From Chiloscyllium plagiosum (lineage: Eukaryota): 64,000 nucleotides of DNA. The stretch covers positions 38,240,097-38,304,096 of the forward strand of contig NC_057719.1 in assembly GCF_004010195.1 (NCBI RefSeq), in the 5' to 3' direction. The translations under genes and the position numbers were made by a program. Of the stretch, positions 50,931-63,014 are shown piece after piece (position 1 is the stretch's first letter; the number at the start of each line of letters is the position of its first letter). The notes under the pieces were generated by a model. That model saw only the letters and a list, made by a program, of their open reading frames with translations, was not told where the DNA came from and did not search any database.

Positions 50931-52233
50931 ACCATTAAACATAAACATTGATTCCTAAATTTGTTAAATATTATCTAATAAATTCAAGGCTTTGGTTGAG
51001 TTGTTCTCGAAAGTACTGTGAACCTGGAGAGTGGGAGTGAACAGAACTGTGTATTTCTAGTGCATACTTTAAAAGATTACTATTTCTTTATTCATTTACA
51101 CATAAGGTTGAATTTTGGTTCACAGGAAGTGACAACTTGATTATTGAAGTGGGCAGAATAAAAATTGTCTATAGATTGCTCAAAGTGTAATATTAATGAT
51201 TTGTGTACATATTGAACTATGGGGAATTCAATGAGATGATCATTCATAGAATACTGTGAGTGAAATTGTCATAAGAAGTAAAATCGTTGTTTCAGTAATA
51301 CTCTTTGTTGTAAAGGGAACTTCTTTAGCACATTCATTCACTTTGATTATTTATAAAAAGAAATCTAAAGCAAGTAATTACCTTGAAACATGTCAATTGG
51401 CTAACTAAAATGGTAAATGATTTTTATGTACTAATTACATGGAAAATCCCCAACAGCAAAGATATTTTAAAAATTTATAATTGGTCTTCAAAGTAACCCG
51501 GGAGTATTATTTATCTTGTGATCGTTTGAGTGTTAATACTCAGTTGCATTTTTGGGAGATGATTTCTGTTAGTGAACTGATTTGGTACCCAGTATGTGAA
51601 ATTTTACTTGCAAGTAGGGATATCTCTTCCAGTATTGTCCAGAGCTTAAGAATGTAGTAAGGGCAGGAATAGGTCACATGGCCCCCTCAAGTTTGCTCTG
51701 CCATTCGATAGAATGATGGTTAATCTGGTCTTGGCCTCAACTACACTTTCCTTCCTGTTCCCTATAACCTTTAACTCATCAAGCATCAAGCCAATTCAAC
51801 CTTGAATATGGTCATTGCTTCTGTAACTCTTTTGGGTTGAGAATTTCAAGCCCCACCATTCTCTCAGAAAAGAAATTCTTCCTGATATTTGTCTCAAATG
51901 AGTGAACCCCTTATACTGAAACTATCCCCAGTTCTAGATTCTTCCATGAGGAGAATCGTCACGGCTAATTTGCTTACTCCACATATCCCCAATAATCTTT
52001 CACTCCCTTCTTTATCAAGAAGGATTTAACCTCTACTGTAAAAAATATTAATCTGTTCTCTTCCTGTAAAAGTAGCAGAAGTAGAGTTACAAAGTAAACC
52101 GATCTTTTGTGAGTAAGGTAAATTCTACTCCTCTGTATTATAAATGAATAACTGCTTCTTTTGAAACCGTGAACTCCAGTTCTGGATCATCCCACAAGAG
52201 GAAACATTTTATCCATATTTAGTATGTCAAGAT

Positions 52234-52269
52234 ATTCCTGAAGAAGGGCTCATGCCCGAAACGTCGATT
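52234..52269 (+). ncRNA. Best-preserved minimal type I hammerhead ribozyme motif
   Basis: attc CTGAAGA a GGGC tcat GCCC GAAA cg TC gatt: full core, 4-bp stem II, palindromic ACGT in place of stem III, GUC cleavage triplet. Confidence 0.7.
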
Positions 52270-52343
52270 CTCCTGCTCCTTGGATGCTGCCTGACCTGCT
52301 GCACTTTTCCAGCAACACGTTTTCAGCTCTGATCTCCAGCATC
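52234..52343 (+). mobile_element. PLE family A terminal repeat with tail
   Basis: Starts at the HHR and ends ...cattttcagct-like + ctgatctccagcatctgcagtcctcactttctcct. Confidence 0.9.
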
Positions 52344-54337
52344 TGCAGTCCTCACTTTCTCCTATTACAGGGTCTTGTATGTTTTAGTTAATTATTTTTA
52401 TTCTTTTGAAATGCAAACTGATACAAGCCATAGCCTGTCCAATCTTTCCCCATAAAACAATCTGCCCATTTCCGGTATTAGTCTAGTAAAATCTTCTCTG
52501 AACTGCTTCCAACACATTTACATCCTTCCTTAAATAAGGAGACTTGTACTGTATGCAGTCCACTAGATGTGGTCTCAACGATACCTTGCATAAGTGAAGC
52601 ATACCCTGTCTTTTGTATTCAATTCCTCTAGTGATAAGCAATGACATTGTTAGTTTTCCTGATTAATTTCTACAAACATACTAACTTTTTGTGATTCATG
52701 CACTAGGACATCCAGATTCATCTGCATCTCGGCGAATTGCAATCTCTCACCATTTACACAATATGCTGCTTTTTTTTATTCTTGCCAAAATGGACAATTT
52801 CACATTTTTCCACATTTGTACTTAACTTGCCACATTTCTGTCTACTTACTTAATGTTTCTTTACGTCTTTGTAGCCTCGTTGTGTCTTCTTCACAACTTA
52901 CTTTTCTGTCTGTCTTTGCATCGTCAGTAAGTTTTAGCAACAATACCTTTGGTTCTGTTTTATATAAATTGGGGGAAAAAAAAGTTGAGGTCCCAACACA
53001 AATCCCTGTAGCGTACCATTCAGTACCACTTATCAAGCAGAAACTGACCCACATATGCCACATATGCCAACTCTGTTTCTGTTAGCCAGCCAACGTGTTA
53101 CCTTCTCCACCATGAGTATCTTTCACAATAACCTTAGATTTCCAGAAGGCATTTTATTAGCATAAATCATAGGATAATGCATCCTCCGGTTTTGCTTTAC
53201 CCATAGCACAGGTTGATTCCTCAAAGAACACCAATAAATTGGTGCAAAAAGCCGACTCTGCTTGGTTATCTTGAAATTTTCTCAGTATCCTGGTACAACG
53301 TGTTAATAATAGTATTAACATCTTCTTTATAACAGACATGATGCTAACTGGCTTGTATTTTCTTGTGTGTCCCTCCCTTTTTTGAATAAATTACATTTGC
53401 AAATAGAACCTTTTGCAAATCCAGAGAATTAAAAACCTATGTTCTAACTATCTCACTAGCTACATCTTTTGAGACCATAAGGTGAGGTCCATATGGAGTC
53501 TGTGACTTGTCAGTCCACAATGGCAAAGATTTGCTCAGCACCACTTTCCTGGTGATTATAATTTCCTTGAGTTTCTCCTTAGTTTCCAATTCCTGATTCA
53601 CACACCCTGTGTGTCAAATTGCATATGATAATGCCTTATCCAATCCCCTTGTGGAAGAAACAATTGAAAGTTGTGGTCTGACTATTATAAGAAAAAATGT
53701 TTGGGAAGAATATTTGCATCAAGTAACCAAAAAAAAGCTTTCCGTTCTGACATTTATGCATTCCAGCGGAGAGCATGTTTGGAAAAGTGTTTGCGCACAG
53801 CTTGGCTTTCATGCACTTGGAGCAATAGTCAGAATATGAACCACAGTGATCCTTGATTTCCTGATCAATGTTTCCTGCAAGAGCTGCATTTGGAGAATTG
53901 TTTGTTGAATGCCGTAATTCAAACCAGTCTCTTTCATGGTTTGGTACTCAGCTAATTTGCTGGACATTGGCTCTTGAGTTTTCATTGATCATTTTCTGTT
54001 ATTTGTACTGACTGCCATGTTAGTACAACAATATGGAGCAATCTTATATTTTTATCTTCTTAAAATTTCGAGTTATACAGATGCCAAAGTAAACAGCTCT
54101 TGCTGCCAGTAAATATTATATGGAAAATATTCCAAACAGTCCTTAAGTTAAAAAGTTTGTGGCATTTAAAGCAAATAGCTCCTAACATTTACATTTCTTT
54201 AAAAAATATGGAGCTTTTATCAATAACTAGTTTTAATATGGCTAACGGCATTTCTCGGATAAAAGTTCAAACTGGAGAAGAAAGAGCTTATGTTGCTCTG
54301 GGAACTTTCCCCAAATAGTTTTTCTGGGAGTTTTTAG

Positions 54338-54483
54338 ACAGGCCATCCCCAGCTGTACCAGGAACTGATCCAGCCTAGGAAACTCCCTAATAGAATTTCT
54401 ACCGCCTCTGAAGTTCTGTTTTATTGCTCTGTTTCGTTGGGTGGAAGTGTAGAAGAACAGTATCTTCATGGTAGTGTTTCCAG
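54338..54483 (+). other. Candidate internal exon (+)
   Basis: gtttttag|ACA...TCCAG|gtcagt; open frame TGHPQLYQELIQPRKLPNRISTASEVLFYCSVSLGGSVEEQYLHGSVS. Confidence 0.25.
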
Positions 54484-55383
54484 GTCAGTACAATTTTTTA
54501 ATTTTAATATAATAAAATGTTGCTTAGCAATGATTAGCCCAGGTTAGAAGGATGCTGGTTTGATTAAATATTTGTTATGAAGCTTTAATTTGCAATTCAA
54601 TAGCTTCTCCATATGATGCATGCAAATTCAGAGGAGGTCCTTTTGATCTTTCTTTTATCCATGTGAGTGTGTATTTTGAAGAGTGTAAGGATTTTCTGTA
54701 ACATTTCTGATAGAACAATAAGTCCATAGTTTTCAAGACTTAAGACAAAAGGTTACGGTATTGTATTTACATTTAAACATTTTGAACCAGCTATAAAACA
54801 GTGCTAGGCAGGGATGATGCTGAATTAACAAAGAATTAACTGACAGTCATGTAGATCTGCATTTTTATAAAAGTTGACCTCTAATAAATTGAACACACTT
54901 TAACTTCCGAATGTTATTAATACTCACAAAAAAATTGCAGATTTGAAACACGTTTAAGGAATGTGATATTACAATATGATTAAATTCCTAGACTGATTTG
55001 CCTATCTGAGTTAATCTAATGTCAATAAATTCATGGGTTGATATTGGTATTATAGCAAGTTTATGCCTTTGGCTAATTTAAGGTAGTTTCTGTGAGAAAG
55101 AACACACAACCTTTCATAAAATTCAATGTGAGTTTAGCATTGATGTGAAATAACTTTAACTTGACATAAATGTTGAGTGCATTCATATCAGATGCTAAAA
55201 CCTAACCACAAAAGTCTTCCTCCTTCACGGTCAGGTCAATCCGTGCATGATTTTAAACTGACTTTATACAATAACTGCTGTATTAAGGCAAAGTAAAATA
55301 ATTGTTGCATATACAGTACAGTTGTAGCATAAATCCACTATATAAAAGCCCCAGACTAATGCAATCCACAACCTGATTTGATG

Positions 55384-55422
55384 TTTTGAGTTCATCTTAT
55401 TTAAGGTGTTTTAAATTGAACT
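55384..55422 (+). repeat. 39-bp direct repeat, second copy at 56442-56480
   Basis: ttttgagttca(t/c)cttatttaaggtgttttaaattgaact, 38/39 identical. Confidence 0.95.
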
Positions 55423-55557
55423 GAGTGGAAGTGAATTTGACTCAAAATTGTTTTGACATTAAATAAGTTATCTCTGGAGTGGGCTCTGCTTTTTCAAATC
55501 AGTTACTCGCAATGTACAATGTCTGCTTTTGGTTTTTGCTGTACTTCATGAGATGCT

Positions 55558-55741
55558 AGGCAAAAGTGAGGACTGTAGATATTGGAAACCAGAGTTTAGA
55601 TCAGTGTGGTGCTGGAAAGACACAGCAGATCAGGCAGCATCTGAGGGGCAGGAAAATCGACATTTCGGGCAAAATCCCTTCATCGTTCCTGATGAAGGGC
55701 TTTTGCCTGAAAAGTCTATTTTCCTGCTCCTTGGATGCTGC
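55558..55741. mobile_element. Palindromic PLE insertion (family A') with back-to-back HHR motifs
   Basis: gacatttcgggcaaaatcccttcatc / gttc CTGATGA agggcttttgcct GAAA agtc. TSD cttcatg(c)agatgct (55544-55557, 55742-55756). Confidence 0.85.
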
Positions 55742-56565
55742 CTTCATGCAGATGCTGTCTGTTGCTGCATGCATTTGGAGTAAAGCCTTTCAACTCAATG
55801 ACCTTTGTGCGACATAATTAAGCCACCTGTGTGGCAATATAGACCAGGGAGTCCAACTTTTTCACGAGGGGTCACAATTCAGTACTCACTCAAACTTTGG
55901 AGAGATGAGGTTTGATACGATGTTTATATGTGAGAGAAATGCTTGAAAAATGATGAAAATATTCAAAACTTGCTGAGCAAAAGAAAGACAAAGCAAAGTA
56001 TGGATAATTTAAAGAAAATTAGTAATTAATAAAGATGAACTTTAAAAAGTGCAAAGCTAATTAATAGTGATTTTGTTTTAACCTATGGTTTAAAACACAG
56101 AGCAAGAGAGAGAATTCCTCAGCCAAGTTCTGATCATCAGGGACCAAGATCAAGCTAAGGAGTTGAGTTTAACTCACATTGCACTTGTATTTTCCTCTTG
56201 TGGTGCACACTGACAGCTAGCCTCAGCACAATTCAAATGAAATACGGGATTGAAAGGGAATCGCCTGTTAAGCCTGGGTTTTCCTCCTCTCCCAGCTTGG
56301 TGTGTGGATAGGATTTTGGGGAAGAGTACGTGTCACTGTGCTGAGTAAGATGGCACCCTTTGGTTCCTAAAGACTGTTAGTTAAGGACAATGCTTAAGGA
56401 GGAAAGGGGATTGACTTTCAACAATCACCCATTATCTCCCATTTTGAGTTCACCTTATTTAAGGTGTTTTAAATTGAACTTGGCCTTAAATGGGGCAAAT
56501 GATTCCCCACACAATCTGGCAAGCAGGTTGACCCGGTTTCCTAGTCAGGAAACCAAACACTTTTC

Positions 56566-56878
56566 AAAGTTTGTGAGAAGATTTGTAGCTCGGGTGCTCG
56601 TTGTTGTGGTTCTGTTCGCCGAGCTGGGAATTTGTGTTGCAGACTTTTCGTCCCCTGTCTAGGTGACCTCCTCGGTACGTTATATTATTAATATACCGAC
56701 CACTGCAGCAGACAGCTGGAACTGACAACTGGAAGCGGCAGATTCAAACCACTACAAATACCGGAGGAAAGATCACAGAAGCGCTTCACAGGAGGCTCCC
56801 AAGCACTGAGGATGTCATCTAGACAGGGGACGAAAAGTCTGCAACACAAATTCCCAGCTCGGCGAACAGAACCACAAC
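56566..56878. mobile_element. PLE family C insertion with inverted terminal repeats
   Basis: ~70-bp inverted arms (~56602-56672, ~56808-56878). 14-bp TSD accaaacacttttc (56552-56565, 56879-56892). ~37-nt unpaired tail on the left. Confidence 0.88.
56803..56842 (+). ncRNA. Minimal hammerhead ribozyme motif (family C)
   Basis: gca CTGAGGA t gtc atctagacaggg gac GAAA ag TC tgc: stem I gca/tgc, stem II gtc/gac. Confidence 0.6.
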
Positions 56879-56977
56879 ACCAAACACTTTTCTACTGGCT
56901 GGGAAGGCAGGCAATTAGGCTGGTGGCAAGTTGAGGCCCTTAATCAGCCTTTAATTGACTGACTAGTTAAGAGGCTT

Positions 56978-57181
56978 CGAGGAGAAAGTGAGGACTGCAG
57001 ATGCTGGAGATCAGAGCTGAAAATGTGTTGCTGGAAAAGTGCAGCAGGTAAGGCAGCATTCAAGGAGCAGGAGAATCGACGTTTCGGGCATGAGCCCGAA
57101 GAAGGGCTCATGCCCGAAACGTCAATTCTCCTGCTCCGTGGATGCTGCCTGACCTGCTGCGCTTTTCCAGCAACACATTTT
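56978..57181. mobile_element. Palindromic PLE family A insertion
   Basis: ~80-bp arms meeting at gggcatgagccc-gaagaa-gggctcatgccc. 14-bp TSD tagttaagaggctt (56964-56977, 57182-57195). Confidence 0.92.
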
Positions 57182-57369
57182 TAGTTAAGAGGCTTAACTA
57201 GTGGCACGATGTGCAAATCCCCAATGCACCATCTTAACCAGCAGTTAATTATTGAGGGGGCAAGAAGCAGGTCCAACATTTACTAGCACTTTGCACACCT
57301 CCAGGAAAGGAAAGATCAAATCCCCCACATCTCTCCTTCTCGGTTCTTACTCCATGTCACTTTGGTAGA

Positions 57370-58620
57370 CTGTTTTGTTGTGAATGGTGTGGAGTATCTG
57401 GAGTGTGGTTGGAGCTGCATTTATTTAGGCAAATGGAGATATTTCATCACATTCCTGACTTGTGTCTTACAGACTTTGAGAGGTCAGGAAGTGAGTTCCT
57501 CACTGCAAAACTCCTAGCCTCTGACCCATTCTTGTAGGTATTGTATTTATAAAGCTGCTCCAGTGAGCTTCTTATCCATAGTAGCCCTCAGGACTTGGGC
57601 AGTGGGTATTCTAGTGATTATAATGTCATTGAACATCAAGGGGCAATGGTTAGGTCAGTCTTGTTGGAGATTGCTATTGCCTAACAGTTATGTGGTATGA
57701 GTTTTACTTGCCATTTGTCCAGATCTTGTTGTGTTTGGACACTGATTTAGTATTTGAGGAGTCGCAAATGTTGCTGAACACTGTGCAATCATCTGCAAAC
57801 ATCCCCACTTCTGACCTTATGGTGGAGGGAAGGTCATTGATGAATCAGCTGAAGATGGTTGGGCCTCAGACACTATCCTGAGGAACTCCTACAGAGATAT
57901 CCTGGAGATGGCTGACCTCCAACAACCACAACATTTCTGCCAGGTACGACTCCAACCAGCAGAGACATCCTCCATTGATTGCTATTGACCTCAGTTTTGC
58001 TCGAGCTCCTTAATTCAAATACTGCCCTGAAGTCAAGGCCAGTCACTCCCAATTTGCCTCTGAACTCTAGCTTCTTTGCCCCTGTTTGGACCAAAGCTGT
58101 AATGAAGCCAGGAGTGGCCCTAACTGAACCCAATTGAGCATCAGTGAGCAGGTTGTTGATAAGCAAGTGCTGCTTGAAAGCGCTGTTGATGACACCTTAC
58201 AAATTTTGCTGCTGACTGAGAGTAAACTGGTCATGCAATAATTGGCTGAGTGGATTTGTCCTGCTTATAGTGGACAGGACATACTTGGGCAATTTTTCAC
58301 ATTGTTGGATAGATGTCAGTGTTGTAGTTATACTGGAAGAACTTGGCCAAAGGCACAGCATGTTCTGGAGCACAGATCTTGTACTATTGCCAAAATGCTG
58401 TCAAAGCCCATACTCTTTGCAGAATCTGGTGCCTCCAGCCGATTCTTGATATTGTGTGGGAGTGAATTGAATTGGCTGAAGGCTATCAATTACGAAACTA
58501 GGATTTCCAGAAGAAACCAACTTGCACCATCCACTTGGAATTTCTGGCTGAGGAAAGATGCAAATACTTCAGCCTTGTCTTTTGCTCTGATGGATGCACA
58601 TATCTTTAAGGATGGACGTT
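57370..58620 (-). mobile_element. CR1/L2-group LINE RT fragment (family of 6410-7975)
   Basis: Minus ORF NNLLTDAQLG...FITALVQT...LDFRAVF. Confidence 0.85.
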
Positions 58621-58759
58621 TATATGATTGATACCTGGAAGGAGTGGGATGTATTATGAGGAAATCGTGGACAGACTGGGCTTCGTTCTCCTGGCATTTT
58701 GAAGAATGAGGGGTGACTTGATTAAAGTATATAAGATCCTGAATGGTTTAAAATTGTTA

Positions 58760-59790
58760 CAGTACAGAAGATGGTCATGTGGTCCATCATGTCTGCCCCA
58801 GCTCTTGAAATGTGCATTATGACATTGTGCTATCCTTTCCCTGTAACCCTGTAAATAATCCTCTAATACCCTCTGGAAAGCTTTGATTGATTGGGGGTGT
58901 GGTGAAGGCAGCTGCAGTGTGTTCCAGTTGGAAGCATGCACTGTGTGAAAAAGCTCATTCTCGCATCACATTTGTTTTCAAGCCGCTTTAGATCTGTGCT
59001 GCCTTGCTCTTGATCTGCTGACAAGTGGCAACAGAGTCTCTCTATCTGCTCTTTCCAGACACCTCATGGTTTGAAAACTTCAATTAAATTTCTCTTGACC
59101 TTCTTTACATTTATAACTAATGCTTCTCATCTTTGGATTCCTGTACCCATCTTCTGCATTGTCTCCAATGCATTCATGTCATTCCTGAAGTGTGGGACCC
59201 AGTGCTGCACACAGTACTCCCGCTGAGGTCTAACCAGTGTCTTGTACAGTTCAGCATAACCACCTTACTCTGTACACGATGCTGCTTTTAATAAATCCTT
59301 AGATATTATGTGCTTTACATACTGTGCTCTCCACCTATCCACCTATCTTTAATGATTTATACACATATTGCTCTTTGTTCCTACGCACCCATTTAAACTA
59401 GTGCCCTTTATGTTTCACATACTGTCTGCTTTTTCTACCAAACCTATCAGGTCACATGTCTCTGCTGTGAACTTCATCTGCAACCTGTCCACACATGCTA
59501 CCAACTTGTCATTTTCCCTTTTGAAGTTCTATGCTTTCAAGTTCAGTATCATCTGAAAACTTGCACCCCAAGATGCAAGATTGTCCCTTGCACCCCAAGG
59601 TTTAGATTATTGATACAAATCAGGACAAACAATACTGACTGTTGGGAAATGTTACCACAAACCTTCCTCTACTGTGCCAAATATCTAATGGTCATTGCTT
59701 GGTTTCCTATCACTCAGCCAATTTTGTACAATCTTGCCACAGCTCCCTCCATTCCATGACCTATATGTTTGCTCACAAGTCTGTTATGCA
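58760..59790 (-). mobile_element. Decayed CR1 3' half
   Basis: ccagtgctgcacacagtactcccgctgaggtctaaccagtgtcttgtacag is the reverse of LYKTLVRPQREYCVQHW. Confidence 0.75.
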
Positions 59791-61444
59791 GTATTTTCCA
59801 TTGTCAGTACCACATTCCAAATTGAACTGCATTGTCTAGAATGACTTTGGGATTCACATTCTCTATGCTGCATTGGTTTCTGTTTGCTGTTCACTGTCAA
59901 ATGATTCTTATTGAGATTTTAAATGAAATTGCTAATTGGATAGGTGGGGTGCCAGAGGGCAGGGGATCAAGAAGTGATTTAAAAACATAAAATCCTCATA
60001 AATAATATAATGAACAACTCCTAAGATCAGCATGAAAATTGGACTTTAAAATGATCTAGTTCTAAACTTAGCATAGATGGATCCGAATGGACTGGGGACT
60101 GATCAGAGATTATTAAGGGAAATGCAGTAAAGACAAATTCTGACCACAAAATTCAAAGTCTGGAGTAGTTAGTTCACTTGGCCAGAAAGTAACTTTCAAT
60201 TCTGCTGAAAGTGTGTCTGCAAATAGCCCGTTCACCCTCCACTGAGCAGCCATAGTTATTCTCACAATGACCAAATTATAAGCAGAGGGGAATCCCTTCA
60301 GATCCATAGCACTGAGTTACTGGAATAAACTCAGATTTCCGATCACTTCAACTTTTCAGGTACAATGAAACAAAGCAGGTTTTTTAAAAGCTTTACACTC
60401 CACGCAGTACATCAAACATTACTATGTGCTCATCTGATGGTGGTTACTATTATAATTAGAAATTAAACTATTGGATTAAATTTTACGCTCAATTGATCAC
60501 TAAATGATGGATGGACAATTTAAGTTCAAAATTGCCATCAAATTCAAGATCACAATTGTTTACTGGCTTAAAAAGCTTCGAAGGATCCAACAACAGATTT
60601 TTGCACCACAGAAAGGACAAATGATTAATGTTCACGTATACAAATTATACTAATTGATTCCAGATATACAGTACATTTTGATGCTTTAGGATATCTTATC
60701 AACAGTTTATAGTACTTTATGATGCTCTGTATAAATTTGAGAGCTCCAATTGTCAAGGACCAAGAAAAATGAACAAAAAAGAATCCCAGTAAGCTACAGC
60801 TAAGGAAGTCATGCAAGAAACTTGAGGTGTGCATGAAGATTTGCTTAGTCTAAATAGACTTGAGAGACGAAATGGTTTGCTCCTATTCCTAAATTATATA
60901 GAAGGCAGATCCTTAAGCCAAAAAAGGCCATAATAAAATTATCATTAGTTTAGGTGAATGTGTTCCATCATGAAGCAATTCAATATTTAGAAAGGTGAAA
61001 GAAAAAGCTTTGGCATTATTCGAGAGATACTTAAATGTGAAGGTAGAAGGCATAGCTTCTTCCAAAAGAATGAGTTGAATTCAATGCCTTTTTTGTTTGC
61101 ACATACTGAGAGAAATATATATTTCATAAAATGTTTTCATGAGGTATAATGCTTCATTGCCAAGTGGTTAAGATCATGGAATAATGCAGATAAGTCGGTC
61201 ATTAGAAACCATTGACTTTGGCATAAAATAATTTTGTCAGCTCTATTTTCAAAATGCTATGATTTATGCTGAGAACAATAAATACTTGCATAGCATCTTT
61301 TGAAATACCAAAATGGCCCAAGGTTCAAAGACAGACTTAAGCAAGATTGGAAAAGAAATTTGAGGGGTGTCCAAAAGGATAGTTAATGGTTTTAACATAA
61401 GATGACAAATGGTGAAATAAGGAAGGATTTAAAGAGGGTGGTTT

Positions 61445-61830
61445 TATTGTTTATTTGTTCCTGGGATGAAATGTCACTGGCTGGACCAGCATTTATTGCT
61501 CAGCTCTAATTGCCCTTAAAGAAGGTGTTAAGTGAGCTGCCTTGCTGAAATGGTACAGTTTTTGGATTGAAGGGACACCACAGTTCTGTGTGTGGTGTGG
61601 GAGAGAGATTTGCAATTTTAACACGGCGATTGTGAAATATTGGTGATATAATTCAACTTGACAATATTGCTGGAACATTGTCAGAACCCATAACCTTTGA
61701 AATGTCCGGTGTGTTCAGCCATTTCTTGATATCGTGCGGAGTGAATTTACTTAGTTGAAAACTGGCATCTGGGATGTTGGGGTCTTGGGAGGAGACAGAG
61801 CTGGATCACCCACTTGATAACTTTGTTTGT
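61445..61830 (-). mobile_element. CR1/L2-group LINE fragments
   Basis: Reverse tail ggctggaccagcatttattgctc...taattgccctt. Confidence 0.6.
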
Positions 61831-61904
61831 AGATGAATGAAAGAAACCCAGTGAAGCAGTTTTGGATTTGGAGAATGTGAGCAGCTCAAGGAGGTAGAAG
61901 AGCA

Positions 61905-62320
61905 GGGAATAAACATCCTTTCCATGCCCACCTTGTCAAGTCCATTCAGGATCTTGTACTCTTCAATCAAATCAGCCATTTCTGTTCTGAATTTGAGTGA
62001 AATCAAGCCCAGCCTGTCCAATCATTCCTTGCAGACAACCACTCATTCCAGGTAATAAATCTAGTAAATCTCCACATTTATGTCTTTCCTTAAATAGGGA
62101 GTCCAAAACTGTAACACAGTATTCAAGCTCTGGTTTTACCAATACCCTGTATGTCTGAAGCATACAAGCTTTCATCTTCTGTTCTTCTCATAATCAAGGC
62201 TAGCATCCCATTAGCCTTGCTGGTTATGTGTTGTACCTGCATACTAACCTGTTGTCACTCATAAACCAAGACTCTTGGATCTTCTGTACTTCAGAACTCT
62301 GCAGCCATTCTCAATGTAAG
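61905..62320 (-). mobile_element. CR1 ORF2 C-terminal fragment
   Basis: YRVLVKPELEYCV and ADLIEEYKILNGLDKV. Confidence 0.8.
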
Positions 62321-63014
62321 CCCCATCCAAAATAATGATGCTATCCCTGGAATCAGCATAATCAATTTGCCACTTGCACAATGAAGGGCTCAGAAGTTTA
62401 TGAATTGTCTTGGCAATCGTTCATTAGATGTTGTACATGTATCAGCTTCCACAAATATATAAAGCTTGAGATCTAATAATATAAGTACCTGGATTGATCT
62501 CATTCCCATGTGGGATTCCCCTAGACTGATATGTATCAATATGGCATTAGACAAATACCTTTGAAATTAGAACAGGAGCCAGCTTGTCTGGAATATTTTT
62601 AAACATTCAACCAGCACAAGTGGTGCTTTGATTCTTATTCGTTTCTTTCATCAGAAGCATACTCTATAAGACTAGTTAGAGGAATTATAAAGTAGAAGTG
62701 TTTATTTGGGATGTATTGTTCAGGGACCAATCAGGAAAGGCAAAGGCATTTGTTGGTTCGTCATCTCCAGTTCAAGAATTTGTGGCAGACAGTTTTCTGA
62801 AAATTCAGTTCTACGCTAGGAATCTCTTAACAAATAAATAGCTGTAATTAGCAAGGTCATTAGAAAATAAAGGCTCAGTGTTTTCTTAAATTTATAAATT
62901 GTGAAATAAGGTTTTAGAAAGAATGCTAAATAGAGTTTGGAAAGTTGATGGCTGCTCATGTTTGTTCTCTTCATTGTTGTGTTATGCTTTCTTTGCTGAA
63001 TTTTGTAATCTCAG

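Larger units (their letters stand above)
51650..53600 (-). mobile_element. Decayed CR1 fragments (3' ends and RT)
   Basis: Minus ORFs KLTDDAKTDRKVSCEEDTTRLQ and CTNLLVFFEE, plus a reverse 3'UTR. Confidence 0.8.

Noticed and set aside
56305..57327. Harbinger-like MITE hosting the two PLE insertions
   Set aside because: Composition is suggestive, but I could not define convincing TIRs or a TSD.
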